A DNA stretch of 64,000 nt, taken from the NCBI GenBank assembly GCA_030390025.1, contig CM059432.1, positions 45,510,001 through 45,574,000 of the forward strand, given 5' to 3'. The translations under genes and the position numbers were made by a program. Numbering within the stretch: position 1 is the stretch's first letter; each line of letters begins with the position of its first letter. Of this stretch, positions 51,069-63,449 are shown piece after piece. Under the pieces are notes generated by a model, which worked only from the letters and a program-made list of their open reading frames with translations, did not search any database and was not told the DNA's origin. The DNA comes from Squalus acanthias (taxonomy: Eukaryota).

Positions 51069-53304
51069 CCACATCATATTTTAAATGGCACTGAGCATTG
51101 GAATGCGGACTGCTTTATGGGACTATAGACTGATTAACAAATCTTTGGAGTCTTACTGAGCCTAGTACATTATACAGTGCTATGTGGCACTGTGTGCTGA
51201 TCAGGCCTCAGGCTCAGCGTCTAATTATACTGGGTGTCGGTGTCTGATACAGAAGTGTTGCTATGGATGCCGAACACCCTATGAGTCTCATAAAGTTAAA
51301 TGAAACAATAAAACCCTTAAAGAAAATCCTATCAGTATTTGTAGCACATTTTCTGTTTTGATAAAGATTTGTCCAGATTGTATCTGAGAAACCGATTCAC
51401 AGCCACAAACAAACTCTTCTGTATATTCCATCTAAAAAAGTTAGTATTTTATAAGAATGAAAAAATGGAGACAAGGTATAATCCAATGCTCTTAAACACG
51501 GTGGTGCAAATAAATCATTACTCGTTCCTTGAACAATTCAGAGTTTTCTTTGTTTCATGACCTAGTTACAAAGCAGCAGCACAGCTCAATTTACCAATGC
51601 TTTTGCAATGCTTTTAATAAGGAAGTGTGCAGTCATATTAGAAAACATCATAGCAACAAAATACAAACCTCTTGTTCTGCCGTTAACACACTATAAGTGC
51701 GCCACGCATCAAATAAGTTGCTCACTAACAGCAATAGTTGTTCAGAAAATATCCAAACATGAACAGTGTATTAGCCCAAAGGGCACCAGCGGCCCTCAGG
51801 AGCTCTGGAGCTAGAGCACTCCTGCTCCTCCAGGCTCCGTGAGAAGGTTTTTTAAAACATACTTTTGGGTGGTGGTCCCTGCTTAGGCTGCAGCGACCTG
51901 TGAAGACCTCAGCTCATCGCTCACCAATTCAGCCAAGGGGTCCTGAAACAAGTGTTAGGCCCCTGATTTACATATGTACGGGGCCCAATACCTGTTTCAG
52001 GTAGGGACCACAGGCGCCAATATGGCGATGCCCATACCCCTGGCGCTGATCGGGCACAGGACGTTGCTCGCCAAAACTGCCCATCATTGCGCCCATTTTG
52101 CGCCTGTAGTGGAAAAGCTTGCTATGAATTCTGTGAATGTAAAAGTTAAATCTGGTTGATACACAACAGAAAACGTTCCATCCCTTCTGGCATGTACTTT
52201 TATGGTGCCCATATCCAGTACTGTTCAAAGCCTGATAATATTTTCTGTGACGGCGACTAGACAAGTAATTATCATTCACTGAAAAACGTAGTATATTCCT
52301 TTCACTCAGGAACAGATAAACTAGCTTCTGGATTGCAAATGACAAAGTTTACCCATAAAAGGGGAAGCAGACAAGCATTTTATCAGTCTTCTCTGGAGGT
52401 ATACATGGCAAAGAGTAAGCAATGATTTGACATTTCTTGACAAGTGCTGCAAAAGGTACCTCTGTCCCTTTTTTCCACTTATTGTCCGATGTGAACATTC
52501 TACTGTTTCCTTTAATATAGAAGAAAGCTCAAATATTAATCAAAAGGTAACTTTCCAGCTTCCTAACAACTTACAAAAGTAATCGGCCTAGAAATTGGTT
52601 ATGGCCCAAAAACGGGTGGTGTCATGGCCCAGCGCTATTTAGCTGCGACCGATCAAACTGGTCTTGGTAGCATGCAAAATTCGTGCTCAGTGCTCATTAA
52701 CATGATTATAGTGCTGGTTTCAGTGCTAAAACCTCTGCTCATTGGCTTACCGCTCAACAGGAGGGCCAATATTGGGTGCAGTCTAATTCCAAGTTATGGT
52801 TGGCCTAGTCTTTATCCACTACTTAAAGGGGAGTTGCATTGGTGCAACAGCACCCCATTGTCATTCCATTTGGAGTGCCACTTGGAAGCACAAGCAACTA
52901 GGAAGAGATGGCTGAGCGGCAGCAGAGGAAGAGAGCAAGACGCTTCTCAAACGTGACTCTGGAGTCACTGGTGGTGGCCGTGGAGAGGAGGCGGGCTGTC
53001 CTCTTCCCACAAGCCGGTAGGAAGCCATCGGTCCATACATGCAGAAGGCTGTGGCATGAGATATCTGATTATGTGAGGGCCAACAGTATAGCCCCAGGTC
53101 CTCCATCCAATGCCACAAGAAGTTTAATGACCTCATACAGCAGGTCAAGGTGAGTGAAGGCTTCAGCAAATGCCATATCCCACCATCTGCACCACACCCC
53201 CATCACTCACCTACCAACAATCTCTAGCTATCACCACTCAGACCTCACAATCATAGCTTCACTTCACTCTCACAATCTTACCACTGCTGCAACACTCACA
53301 CCTA

Positions 53305-54219
53305 CATAGAATCATAGATTGGTTACAGCACAGAAAAAGGCCATTTGGCCCCTCGAGCCTGTGCCGGCTCTCTGCAAGAGCACTTCAGCTACTCCCACTC
53401 CCCCGCCTGTTCCCCGTAGCCCTGCAAATTTTTTTCCTTCAGGTACTTATCCAATTCCCTTTTGAAAGCCACGATTGAGTCTGCCTCCACCACCCTTTCA
53501 GGCAGTGCATTCCAGATCCTAACCACTCGCTGTGTAAAAAAGTTTTTTCTCATGTCGCCTTTGGTTCTTCTGCCAATCACCTTAAATCTGTGTCCTCTGT
53601 TTCTCGACCCTTTTGCCAATGGGAACAGTTTCTCTCTATCTACTCTGTCCAGACCCCTCATGATTTTGAACACCTCTATCAAATCTCTCTCAATCTTCTC
53701 TGCTCTAAGGAGAACAACCCCAGCTTCTCTAGTCTATCCACGTAACTGAAGTCCCTCATCCTTGGAATTATTCTCGGAAATCTTTTCTGCACCCTCTCTA
53801 AGGCCTTCACATCCTTCCTAAAGTGCACTGCCCAGAATTGGACACAATACTCCAGTTGAAGCCGAACCAGTGTTTTATAAAGGTTCATCATAATTTCCAC
53901 GCTTTTGTACTCTGTACCTCTATTCATGAAGCCCAGGATCCCGTAAGCTTTTTTAACTGCTTTCTCAACCTGCCCTGCCACCTTCAACGATGTGTGCACA
54001 TATACCCTCAGGTCTCTCTGTTCGGGCACCCCCTTTAGGATTGTACCCTTTAGTTTATATTGCCTCTCCTCATTCTTTCTACCAAAATGTATCACTTTGC
54101 ACTTTTCTGCGTTAAATTTCATCTGCCACGTGTCCACCCATTCCACCAGGCTGTCGATGTCCGCTTCAAGTCTATCACTATCCTCCTCACTGTTCACTAT
54201 ACTTCCAAGTTTTGTGTCG
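53305..54219 (-). mobile_element. 5'-truncated CR1 inserted in intron 1 of the H4 Myb gene
   Basis: DTKLG...EYCVQFW...WNALP; flanks rejoin to the intron sequence seen in H2. Confidence 0.9.
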
Positions 54220-55932
54220 CACCTCACACTTTGCACACACTGGCAGCTATTCAACTATGGCAAGCACATCACCCAAACATATTGCACCACACTCACTCAC
54301 ACACTTCCCTTTCTCTTGCAGACCAAAGTGGCGCACAATCACCAGAAGCAGTGGCAGACAGGCGGGGGACAAGCTGTGATACAGGCCTTGAGCCAACTGG
54401 AGGAGACGGTGCTCGACATCATTGGAGGGGAAATCACCGAGCCCGTGGCAACGGGCGAAGTTGAAACCCTTGGGGATAATAACGGTATCCTCATTCCTAA
54501 TCCTTCTTCTCACATCCCACTTCCCCCTCATCTCACAATCTCTTCTCACTTACAAGCTGCTGATGCTGTATGCACAGATATCTTGCTTTCCCCTGCTCCC
54601 CTTAACCTAAACTGACTCTTGTGCCTTTCTGCTTTCAGATAACCAAGAACAAGCAGCAGCACAACTTGTCCCCGAGGCAGTGGAGGAGAGCGAGGGGGGA
54701 GAAGAAGAAGACGCAGCATCACTGCATCTGTCACTCAAAGACACCAGCTCAGAAACTGGCATTGCGCGTAACTTAGATGGTAATGTAGATGCGGGATTTG
54801 CATAGGGTGAGGCACTGGGCTCAGGTGGGCTGCAGCAATGCCAGGAGAATGGGGTAGCTTGGGGGCCAGCTCCGTGGAGGGCGAGTTCTGCTGCACACGA
54901 CTCAGTTGAGGAGCTCAATGGGGCGGCCTTCAGAAGAAGGGTGATGGGCATGCACACCGAATTGCTAGGTGCAATGGCAAGCTGGCCAGAAGCCACTTGG
55001 CAATGTCAAGGAGCATGGAGGAGTCTGCCTCCAACATTGGACAGGGCTCTGTGCAGAGCTTGGAGCCCATGATTTCCATGCTGGAAATGATGGAAAACTC
55101 CAGGAGATACAGTGTCGACCCAGACATGATGCTGTGTGTGATGGGCGATGTCGCGGCTGCCATTACAGCACAGGCGGAAGCGACCCAATGTCTTAGTGCT
55201 ACAGCGGAAGCTCAGACCCCTGTCCTGCAGTCTCAGCTTGCTGCCACGTAAGATCAGACTGCTCTCATGCAGGCTGAGCTTGCTGCCACCCAAGCTCAGA
55301 CTGCTGCCATCGTGGCTGGGTTTACCAGTGTTGAATGCGGCTTGCAGGGTGTCGCAGCAGGCCAGCAAACTGTCCTCCAACAAATTGCTAGGAAGGTTGA
55401 GGTGCTGCCCCGGGGGAGTGGCAGTGGGTCAGTGGAGCAGGACCCTGCTATCCTCTCTCAGGATGACAGCATTCCTGTACCCACCACTCTCACTCTGCCA
55501 TCACCCTTGTTGCTGCCTGTCAGCCAGTAACCCAGACTGCTGCCGCCCATGCTGAGGTGCTGCAGTCTACAGCCGGGTCTTCTAGGTCCAGAGCTGCTCA
55601 AAGTCATCCTGCAAGGCCATCTGCATTCTCCCCCACACAAACTCAGCAGCCTTCCACCAGCCATGCTGCAACCACTGGGGGAGCACTGCGTAGGAGCACT
55701 AGAGCAGGAAAGGGCACTCGAACGACAGATCGCACAAGGGTGATTAGTTGATATAATACGTTTCAACTGATTCTTGATAAATTTTATAATTTTGTTTGGA
55801 ATCTTTGTTTTGTGGTGGCTCTCATTTCAGCTTTGTGCCCAGGAAGACGCTGTCTAATTCCGTGACAGGAGGATGGTATGAAGGGGTGTGGTTGATAAGG
55901 ATGTGCTGAGCAACAGGGATCTGGGATTTCAT

Positions 55933-57104
55933 TCACTGGAATCGGAGTCTGATGAGCCGTTCATGGACAGCCCGTGCCGAAGGGGGATTTACTGCCTGCC
56001 TCCTCCCTTCCTCCTCGTCTTCCTCCTCTTCCTCCTCGCTTCCTCCTCTTCCTTTTCCTCTTCCTCCTCCTCCTCTTCCTCTTCCTCTTCCTGAGGTGGT
56101 CCTGCAATCCCTGCTGACAAGTGCTGCGCCCTCATGATGGCCAAGTTGTGAAGCTTGCAGCAGACCACCACAAAATGGGACACCCGCTCCGCTGAGCACT
56201 TGCGGGCTCCTCCTGAGTGGTCGAAGCAGCAGAACCATTGCTTCAGCAGCCCAATGGTCTGCTTGATGATGTTCCTGGTGGCAGCATGGTTCTCATTATA
56301 TGAGTGCTGGGCACGAGTGTTGGGGTTGCGGAGGGGAGTCATGAGCCAGGTGCAGAGCGGATAGCCCTTGTCTCCGAGCAGCCACTCTCAGGTTTGACAT
56401 GGTGGCTGGAAGATTGTTGGCACACCGGACTGACGCAGGATGAAGGCATCATGAGTGCTGCCAGGATAGCGGGCATTGACCATCAGGAAGCGCTGGGTGT
56501 GGTTGCACAACAAATGCACGCTAAGTGAGTGGTAGCCTTTGTGGTTACGGATTATCTCAGGATTGTTTTGCGGTGCCAGCAAAGCAGTCGATGGCGCCCT
56601 GCACCATGGGGAAGCCCGCTATCCTGGCAAAGCCACATGCGCGCTCGTCCTGCTTTCTCTTTTCAGAAAGAAGAAAACGTAGTCCCTTCTCCTGGTGTAG
56701 AGAGCCTCAGCGACCTCCTGGATGCAGCGATGGATGGTGAACTGGGAGGTGTTAGCTATGTCTGCTGCTGCAGACTGGAAGGATCCACTGGCGAAGAAAT
56801 TGAGGGTCACGGTGACCTTGAGGGCCACTGGGAGAGCCGTGGTCGCTCTGCTCTCAGGCTGCAGGTCTGGTTGCAGGAGGTGGCAGAGTTCTGTGACCAC
56901 CTCCTTGGTGAAGTGGAGCCGCCGAACACACTGCTCCTCACTTAAGTGGATATAAGAGAAGTGCTCTCTGAGGACTCTAGTTGGGTAAGGCCTCCTGTTG
57001 AGAGCCCTCCTTCCTCTGTGTGCATCTTCTCCTCATCTTTGCTGCCTTCGCTCCCTCTCCCTAAGATATTCGAGTGCAAGGGGGACTGCCAGTTGAGCCC
57101 CCAT
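55933..57104 (-). pseudogene. HARBI1-type transposase of H4 (frameshifted)
   Basis: LPVALKVT, YPGSTHDAFIL and GDKGY motifs; IKQTIG at the E position; poly-Glu C-terminus. Confidence 0.88.
56002..56092. repeat. (TCC/TCT)n polypyrimidine microsatellite encoding poly-Glu in the H4 transposase
   Basis: Directly visible. Confidence 0.9.
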
Positions 57105-57651
57105 GAATGTGAGCAAATGGTGTGAGCAGAAGCCTTTAAATAAGAATGAAGGCATTCAGCTGCAAGCTGTTGGTGATGATCCCTTTAAATAATGCTGCTG
57201 GAACCTCCTTCCTGCTTGTCAACGCTTGCTCAGCTGGTTGCAATTAAGACAGGCTGGTAAGTGGAGCGGCGAAGTTGAAAATTGCAGTTCGGGCGTCAAG
57301 TAAGCGTTGCACACTCACTGACATTACGATCTACATAATCTCCATAATTCTCGTGAGCGCGGACATCCGCAGCGCCGCTGCCCAACCCAAAATGGCGACT
57401 GTCGCGGGACCCGCCAGCAGCAAGCGGAAATACAGCAGCTGCCATATTTTCCCCTGAATCGGGCGGTAATGGCCGGCGTTAAACCGTCAAATTTCTAGGC
57501 CATAGTTTGTCAATAATGCAGAATGAAGTTAAAAGCTCAGTTACAAATGTTATCTCTGTGCCGTTAGGGTTTAAAGGAAAACAAATCTATTGCAGTAAGT
57601 CAAACATCTCCGTGAGTACCGTTCTGTTGCTGAATTAGCTGGAGACACATC

Positions 57652-57805
57652 GGAGCAGATTTTCAACTTGCCACCCAGGTGCAAAACTGGCATTGCGGGC
57701 AAAATAATTTATTTAATTGGAAATAAAAATCGATCGTTTTCTATAACGGGCGGCTGATCGGCAACACTAGTTTTATGCCTGGGTGGCAAGTTGAAAATCT
57801 ACCTC
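57652..57805. mobile_element. MITE with ~37-bp TIRs
   Basis: agattttcaacttgccacccagg / cctgggtggcaagttgaaaatct. Confidence 0.85.
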
Positions 57806-57987
57806 AGCATGTCAGCCAAATGAACACCATTACTAGCTGCAGTAGTAAAACATTGCAACAGCAACTTAGTAAAAGATTCTTCACAAAATAGATGTTATGG
57901 TACAGAGGAATCCGGCAGGGCACTTCTTTGTTGAGCATTAAGTTAGATGTCGAACCATACTAGATAACATGGCAGGTGAGCGCAGGT

Positions 57988-58372
57988 TAGGGTTGGCAAA
58001 CCTCCAGGATTGTCCTGGAGTCTCCAGGAATTCAAATTTAATCTCTTGCACACCTCTGCGAGCAACCCGGGAGAAAAATTATTGGGGCATTAAAAAAAGT
58101 GTTTTTTTTCATTTCTTTGATCACGTTCCTTTATTAGATATAAAATATTGGAGATGGGGGAAAAGGCCATTTGATTGAAAGTCAAGGACCATCCAATCGG
58201 ATAATGAAGAGTCTGCTCGCTTTTCAACTGGCGTGGGGGGGGCGGTGCCCCGTAAGGATGGACCTGTTGGGCGACCAATGGCCGGAGCGTGGGGGCGCGG
58301 GGTGATTGGAAGCGAGAGGTCATATGATGAAACATCCAGGGATACAATCAACCCTCGGAGTTGGCAACGCTC
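57988..58372. mobile_element. hAT-like MITE carrying CCAAT and GC boxes
   Basis: Ends TAGGGTTGGCAA / TTGGCAACGCTC; TSD poorly preserved. Confidence 0.55.
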
Positions 58373-59004
58373 GAGTAGAGAGGACTTATCATTCATTACT
58401 TGCTCCAATGACTTTTCATCAAACCATCCATTCTACCAAAAATAACTGCATCATTGTACTTTGAACTTTTCGGTTTAATCAAAATGTTCATCTCTATTAA
58501 ATGCTGAAGGGTTCATTTGCCATGAAAGACTAATGGTGATTCAATAATCCAGTAGGATCTGATGGAGCCAGATTCAGCAGTATTAAACAAATAAACCAAA
58601 TGACCAATCAGACAGACTAACTTTACAATTCTTCTATTAATAAAATAACATAATGAAATCGTTAATGCTTCACTACGTTCTGTCAAGTCAATTTTGATAA
58701 TTCACATCATAATGTGAGAGCTTTTTTGTCTCTAAACAGATGAAGGAACTTTATTTGAATAAAGGCATAACTTTATCATTCACAAAAGCAAGTTATTATA
58801 ACTTATGCATTGATTCTTAATCAGTGATGTAGTATTCTCATTTTGTGTCCTTCTAAATCATTATTTTAAAATTGCTCTATCATGTTGTAATACAAAGTAA
58901 ATGCACTAGAGATAAAACTTAAAAATTATAAATAGAACTGATTTTCATTTAGATTCAGATCTGGAAAGTACATGGGCTTAAAAATCCGCCTTGGGTCTGG
59001 GCAC

Positions 59005-60590
59005 CTTTTTTTAAATTCGTTCCTGAGATGTGGGCATTGCTGGCAAGGCCAGCATTTATTGCCCATCCCCAATTGCCCTTGAGAAAGTGGTGGTGAGCCG
59101 CCTTCTTGAACCGCTGCAGGCCGTGTGGTGAAAGTACTCCCACAGTGCTGTTAGGGAGGGAGTTCCAGGATTTTGATCCAGCGATGATGAAGGATCGGCG
59201 ATATACTTCCAAGTCAGGATGGTGTGTGACTTGGAGGGGAACTTGGAGGTGGTGGTGTTCCCATGTGCCTGCTGCCCTTGTCCTTCTGGGTGTTAGAAGT
59301 TGCAGGTTTGGGAGGTGCTGCCGAAGGAGCCTTGGTGAGTTGCTGCAGTGCATCTTGTAGATGGTACACACTGCAGCCACATTACGCCGGTGGTGCAGGG
59401 AATGAATGTTTAAGGTGGTATATGGGGTGCCAATCAAGCGGGCTGCTTTGTCCTCGATGGTGTCGAGCTTCTTGAGTGTTGTTGGGGCTGCACTCATCCA
59501 GGCAAGTGGAGAGTATTCCATCACACTCCTGACTTGTGCCTTGTAGATGGTGCAAAGGTTTTGGGGAGTCAGTAGGTGAGACACTCATCGCAGAATACCT
59601 AGCCTCTGACCTACTCTTGATGCCACAGTATTTATGTGGCTGGTCCAGTTAAGTTTCTGGTCATTGGTGACCCCCCAGGATGTTGATGGTGGGGTATTTG
59701 GCGATGGTAATGCCGTTGAATGCTAACGGGTGGTGGTTAGACTCTCGCTTGTTGGAGATAGTCATTGCCTGCCACTTGTGTGGCGCGAATGTTACCTGTC
59801 ACTTATCAGCCCAAGCCGGAACGTCATCCAGGCCTTGTTGCATGCGGGCATGGACTGCTTCATTATCTGAGGAGTTGCGAATGGCACTGAACACTATGGA
59901 GTCATTAGCAAACATCCCCATTTTTGACCTTATTTTGGAGGGAAGGTCATGGATGAAGCAGCTGAAGATGGTTGGGCCTAGGACACTGCCTTGAGGAACT
60001 CCTGCAGCGATGTCCTGGGGCTGTGATGATTGACCTTCAACCACCACAACCATCTTCCTTTGTGCTAGGTATGACTCCAGCCAGTGGAGAGTTTCCCTCC
60101 TGATTCCCATTGACTTCAGTTTTACTAGGGATCCTTGCTGCCACACTTGGTCAAATGCTGCCTTGTTCAAGGGCAGTCACTCTCACCTCACCTCTGGAAT
60201 TCAGCTCCTTTGTCCATGTTTGCAACAAGGCTGTAATGAGGTCTGGAGCTGAGTGGTCCTGGCGGAACCCAAACTGGGCATCAGTGAGCAGGTAAATGCT
60301 GCTTGATAGCACTGTCGATGACACCTTCCATCACTTTGCTGATGATTGAGAGTAGACTGATGGGGCGGTAATTGGCCGGATTGGATTTGTCCTGCTTTTT
60401 GTGGACAGGACATACCTGGGCAGTTTTCCATATTGTCGGATAGATGCCAGTGTTTTAGCTGTGCTGGAACAGCTTGGCTAGAGGCGCAGCTAGTTCTGGA
60501 GCACAAGTCTTCAGCACGATAGCCGGGATATTGTCAGGGCCCATAGCCTTTGCTGTATCCAATGCGCTGAGCCGTTTCTTGATATCACGT
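59005..60590 (-). mobile_element. 5'-truncated Zenon-like LINE (Z4)
   Basis: RT through C-terminus, colinear with Z1 and Z2. Confidence 0.92.
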
Positions 60591-61173
60591 CATCGCCGTC
60601 ATAAATACTGGGAAGGGTTCAAAAATGGGGATGGAACTTGGTTCTGTTGGGATCCCACCCCGTGATGAGGAGGGCGGGGAATTCTGGTTGGTGGAGAGAA
60701 CAGGGGCACAAAATTGGGATCGTTAGTGCCTGGTTTTTGGGTGCTACGTGTGCCCTTAGAGCTCCAAAATGGCATCCGTGGTGAATGTGCACACTCTTGG
60801 GGAGAATTGTGCCAGACGCCATATTGGTGCAGGCGTTAGCACGTGCACATTGAATATCCGTTGGAAGTATGCAGAGCAGACAGATCATGAAGTCAATCAG
60901 CATGCAATGTTGATTTGATGCCAGCAGTGCCATTTTAGAGCTCAACATTCCAGCTAATGTATTCTCTTAACCTCACATTGCTGAACATGCTTTCAGCAGC
61001 AGGAAGGACCCCCCACCTGTACTAATTAAAGGGATCATCAAATACTTACAGGTTAATTGCTGGTTGATTTCCTCTGGGGTTTAGTATGGTTCTACATATG
61101 TTTGGTGCTTTCTATAGTTGTTTCAAGTTGCCAAGACAACAGGGAATGGTGTGGCAAGTGCTGAAGAACCTTT

Positions 61174-61292
61174 ACAAAAGCAAAATACTGTGGATGCTGG
61201 AAATCTGAAATAAAAACAGAAAATGCTGGAAATACTCAGCAGGTCAGGCAGCATCTGTGGAGAGAGAAGACTCTGTTTCTCTTTCCACAGAG
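61174..61292. mobile_element. Penelope-derived short insert with an inverted end, inside H5
   Basis: Same aaatgctggaaatactcagcaggtcaggcagc motif as 43780; flanked by a GCTGAAGAACCTTT direct repeat. Confidence 0.7.
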
Positions 61293-61348
61293 GCTGAAGA
61301 ACCTTTTCCTGACTAAAAGGCTTCTGCAGTAACTACTTGCTGCCAGAC

Positions 61349-62477
61349 ATGGGTGCACTAGTAGGAATTCCACTTGGAACCCAGCATGACTTGGAGAATG
61401 AACAGAGGCCATGCAGAGCAGAACAAGCTACTGGAAGGTGGAGGAGGAGGAGGAAGAGAAGGGCTCTCAGCAGGAGGTCATACAGCCCAGGGTGTTCAGG
61501 GAGCAATTCTCCTATCTGAACCTCAGCGAGGAACAATGTGCGAGACCTCTGCGCTTCAGTAAGGACGTCCTCACTGAAATCTGCCACCTGCTGCAGACAC
61601 AACTGCAACCTCAGAGCAGGACAGGAATCGCATTGCCAGTGGCTGTGAAGGTGACCGTGGCAGTGAACTTTATTTGTTGGGCTCCTTCCAGGCTGGAGCT
61701 GGAGATATTTGCGACATCTTGCAGACTTCCGTCCATTGTTGTGTAAGTGAGGTCACTGACGCTCTCTATTCAAAGAGAGGTGACTAAATTCCATTCTCTC
61801 TTACCAGAGACCAGCAGGTGGAGCGAGCACATGGCTTTGTGAGGATTGCAGGCTTCCCCATGGTGCAGGGTGCCATTGACTGCACGCACATCGCTATGCA
61901 GCCGCCGCATGTCGACTTTGCCATATACCGGATCCGAAAGGGATTCCACTCCCTCAACGTCCAGCTGGTGTGGGACCATAGGCAGCGACTCATGCAGGTC
62001 AATGCCAGGTATCCAGGCAGCCGTCATGATGCCTTCATTCTGTATCAGTCCGCTGTGCCAGCTGTATTCCAGCCACCAGGGCAAACCAAAGGGTGGCTAC
62101 AGGACGACAAGGGCTATCCATTAACGATATGGCTCATGACTCTGGAGCGCAACTCACGCACACATGGGCAGCATGCGTACAATGAAAGTCATGCTGCCAC
62201 ATGAAATGTGATAGCGCAGACAATTGGCGTGCTGAAACAACGTTTCCGCTGCCTGGACCACTCTGGAGGAGCCCTGCAGTACTCGGCAGAGTGGGCGTCA
62301 AGATTTGTGGTGGTCGCCATCATGAAGGCACAGCCCTTGCCACCAGCTATACAACGAGCAGCTAAGGAGGAGGAGGAGAAAGAGGAAGAGGAGGAAGCGG
62401 AAGGGAGGAAGCAACCTAGATAGTCCCTTTCTGCTCGGGCTGTCTGTGAAGAACTCATCCGAGTGCGATACCAGTAA
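61349..62477 (+). pseudogene. HARBI1-type transposase of H5 (frameshifts and stops)
   Basis: MGALVGIPL, IDCTH, RKGFHSLNVQ, YPGSRHD and DKGY motifs. Confidence 0.9.
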
Positions 62478-63449
62478 ACACAACCCCAATTCCCCATTCA
62501 CCAACAGTCCCACACCTTATCTTCCCTCTGTCAACTGACCAGCAGAAAGTCCGCTTGGCCACAATGCAAAAGTAAACACCACCACAACATAAACATTCCC
62601 AACCAAATTTATAAATCAAATCATGCCATATTGTATAAAAGCATGAACTAATCACCCTTGTGCATTCCCTTAGTGCCTGTCTTCCCTGTGCCTTTGCCTG
62701 TCTTAGTGCTCCTATTAAGTGCTACCCCAGTGTCTGCAGCATGGCTGGTGGAAGGCTGCTGACTTTCAGTAGAGGAGACTGCAGATGGCCTTGCAGGATG
62801 ACCTCGAGCAGCTCTGGGCCTAGAAGGCCCGGCTGCGACTGCGTCATCGCGACATGGGCGGGGTGGTTGACAGGCAACAGCAAGGGCACTGGCAGAGTGG
62901 TGGGGTGGGAGGACGAATGCAGAGAGAGGACAGCAGGTTTGTGCTCCATGGAGCCACTGCCACTGCCACTCCCCCGGGGTGGCGCCTCAACATTCCTAGT
63001 AATCTGTTGGAGGGCAGATTGCTGGACTGCTGTGACACCCTGCAAGCCCCTTTGAAGACTGGTATCCACAGCCATGATAGCAGAAAGCTGAGCTTCCACT
63101 GCAGCACTCAGAATGTGGGTGGCTACTGCTTGTGCTGCAAAGGAAGCTTAGACATCGGCCATCAGACACTGCATCATGGTTGGTTCTGCAAGTGTGCTAA
63201 TTGAGTTGGCCACCGTTTCCATACTGGACAGGATGGGCTCCAAGCTCTGCGCAAAGCCCTGTGCCAAGTTGGTGCTGGACTCCTCCAAGCTCCTTGACAT
63301 TGCACGCAGGCTTTCTGGCAGGCTTCCCAATGCATCAAACATTTCATTGTGCATACCCATCAGAGTTCTTCTGTAGACCGCTACTTGCCTTGCCCTCTGT
63401 CGAGCTGGCACCTGCGCTAACCTTGCCCCCTGCTCTGGCTGCAGGGCAC

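Larger units (their letters stand above)
52585..57501. mobile_element. PIF/Harbinger transposon H4 with perfect 12-bp TIRs
   Basis: GGCCTAGAAATT at both ends. Myb/SANT gene (+) with exons 52908-53149, 54322-54484 and 54639-~55747; transposase (-) 57104-55933. Confidence 0.92.
60704..63449. mobile_element. PIF/Harbinger transposon H5 (opposite orientation; right part interrupted)
   Basis: Left end GGGCACAAAATT; transposase (+) 61349-62477; Myb gene exon 3 (-) ~62650-63449. Confidence 0.85.
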
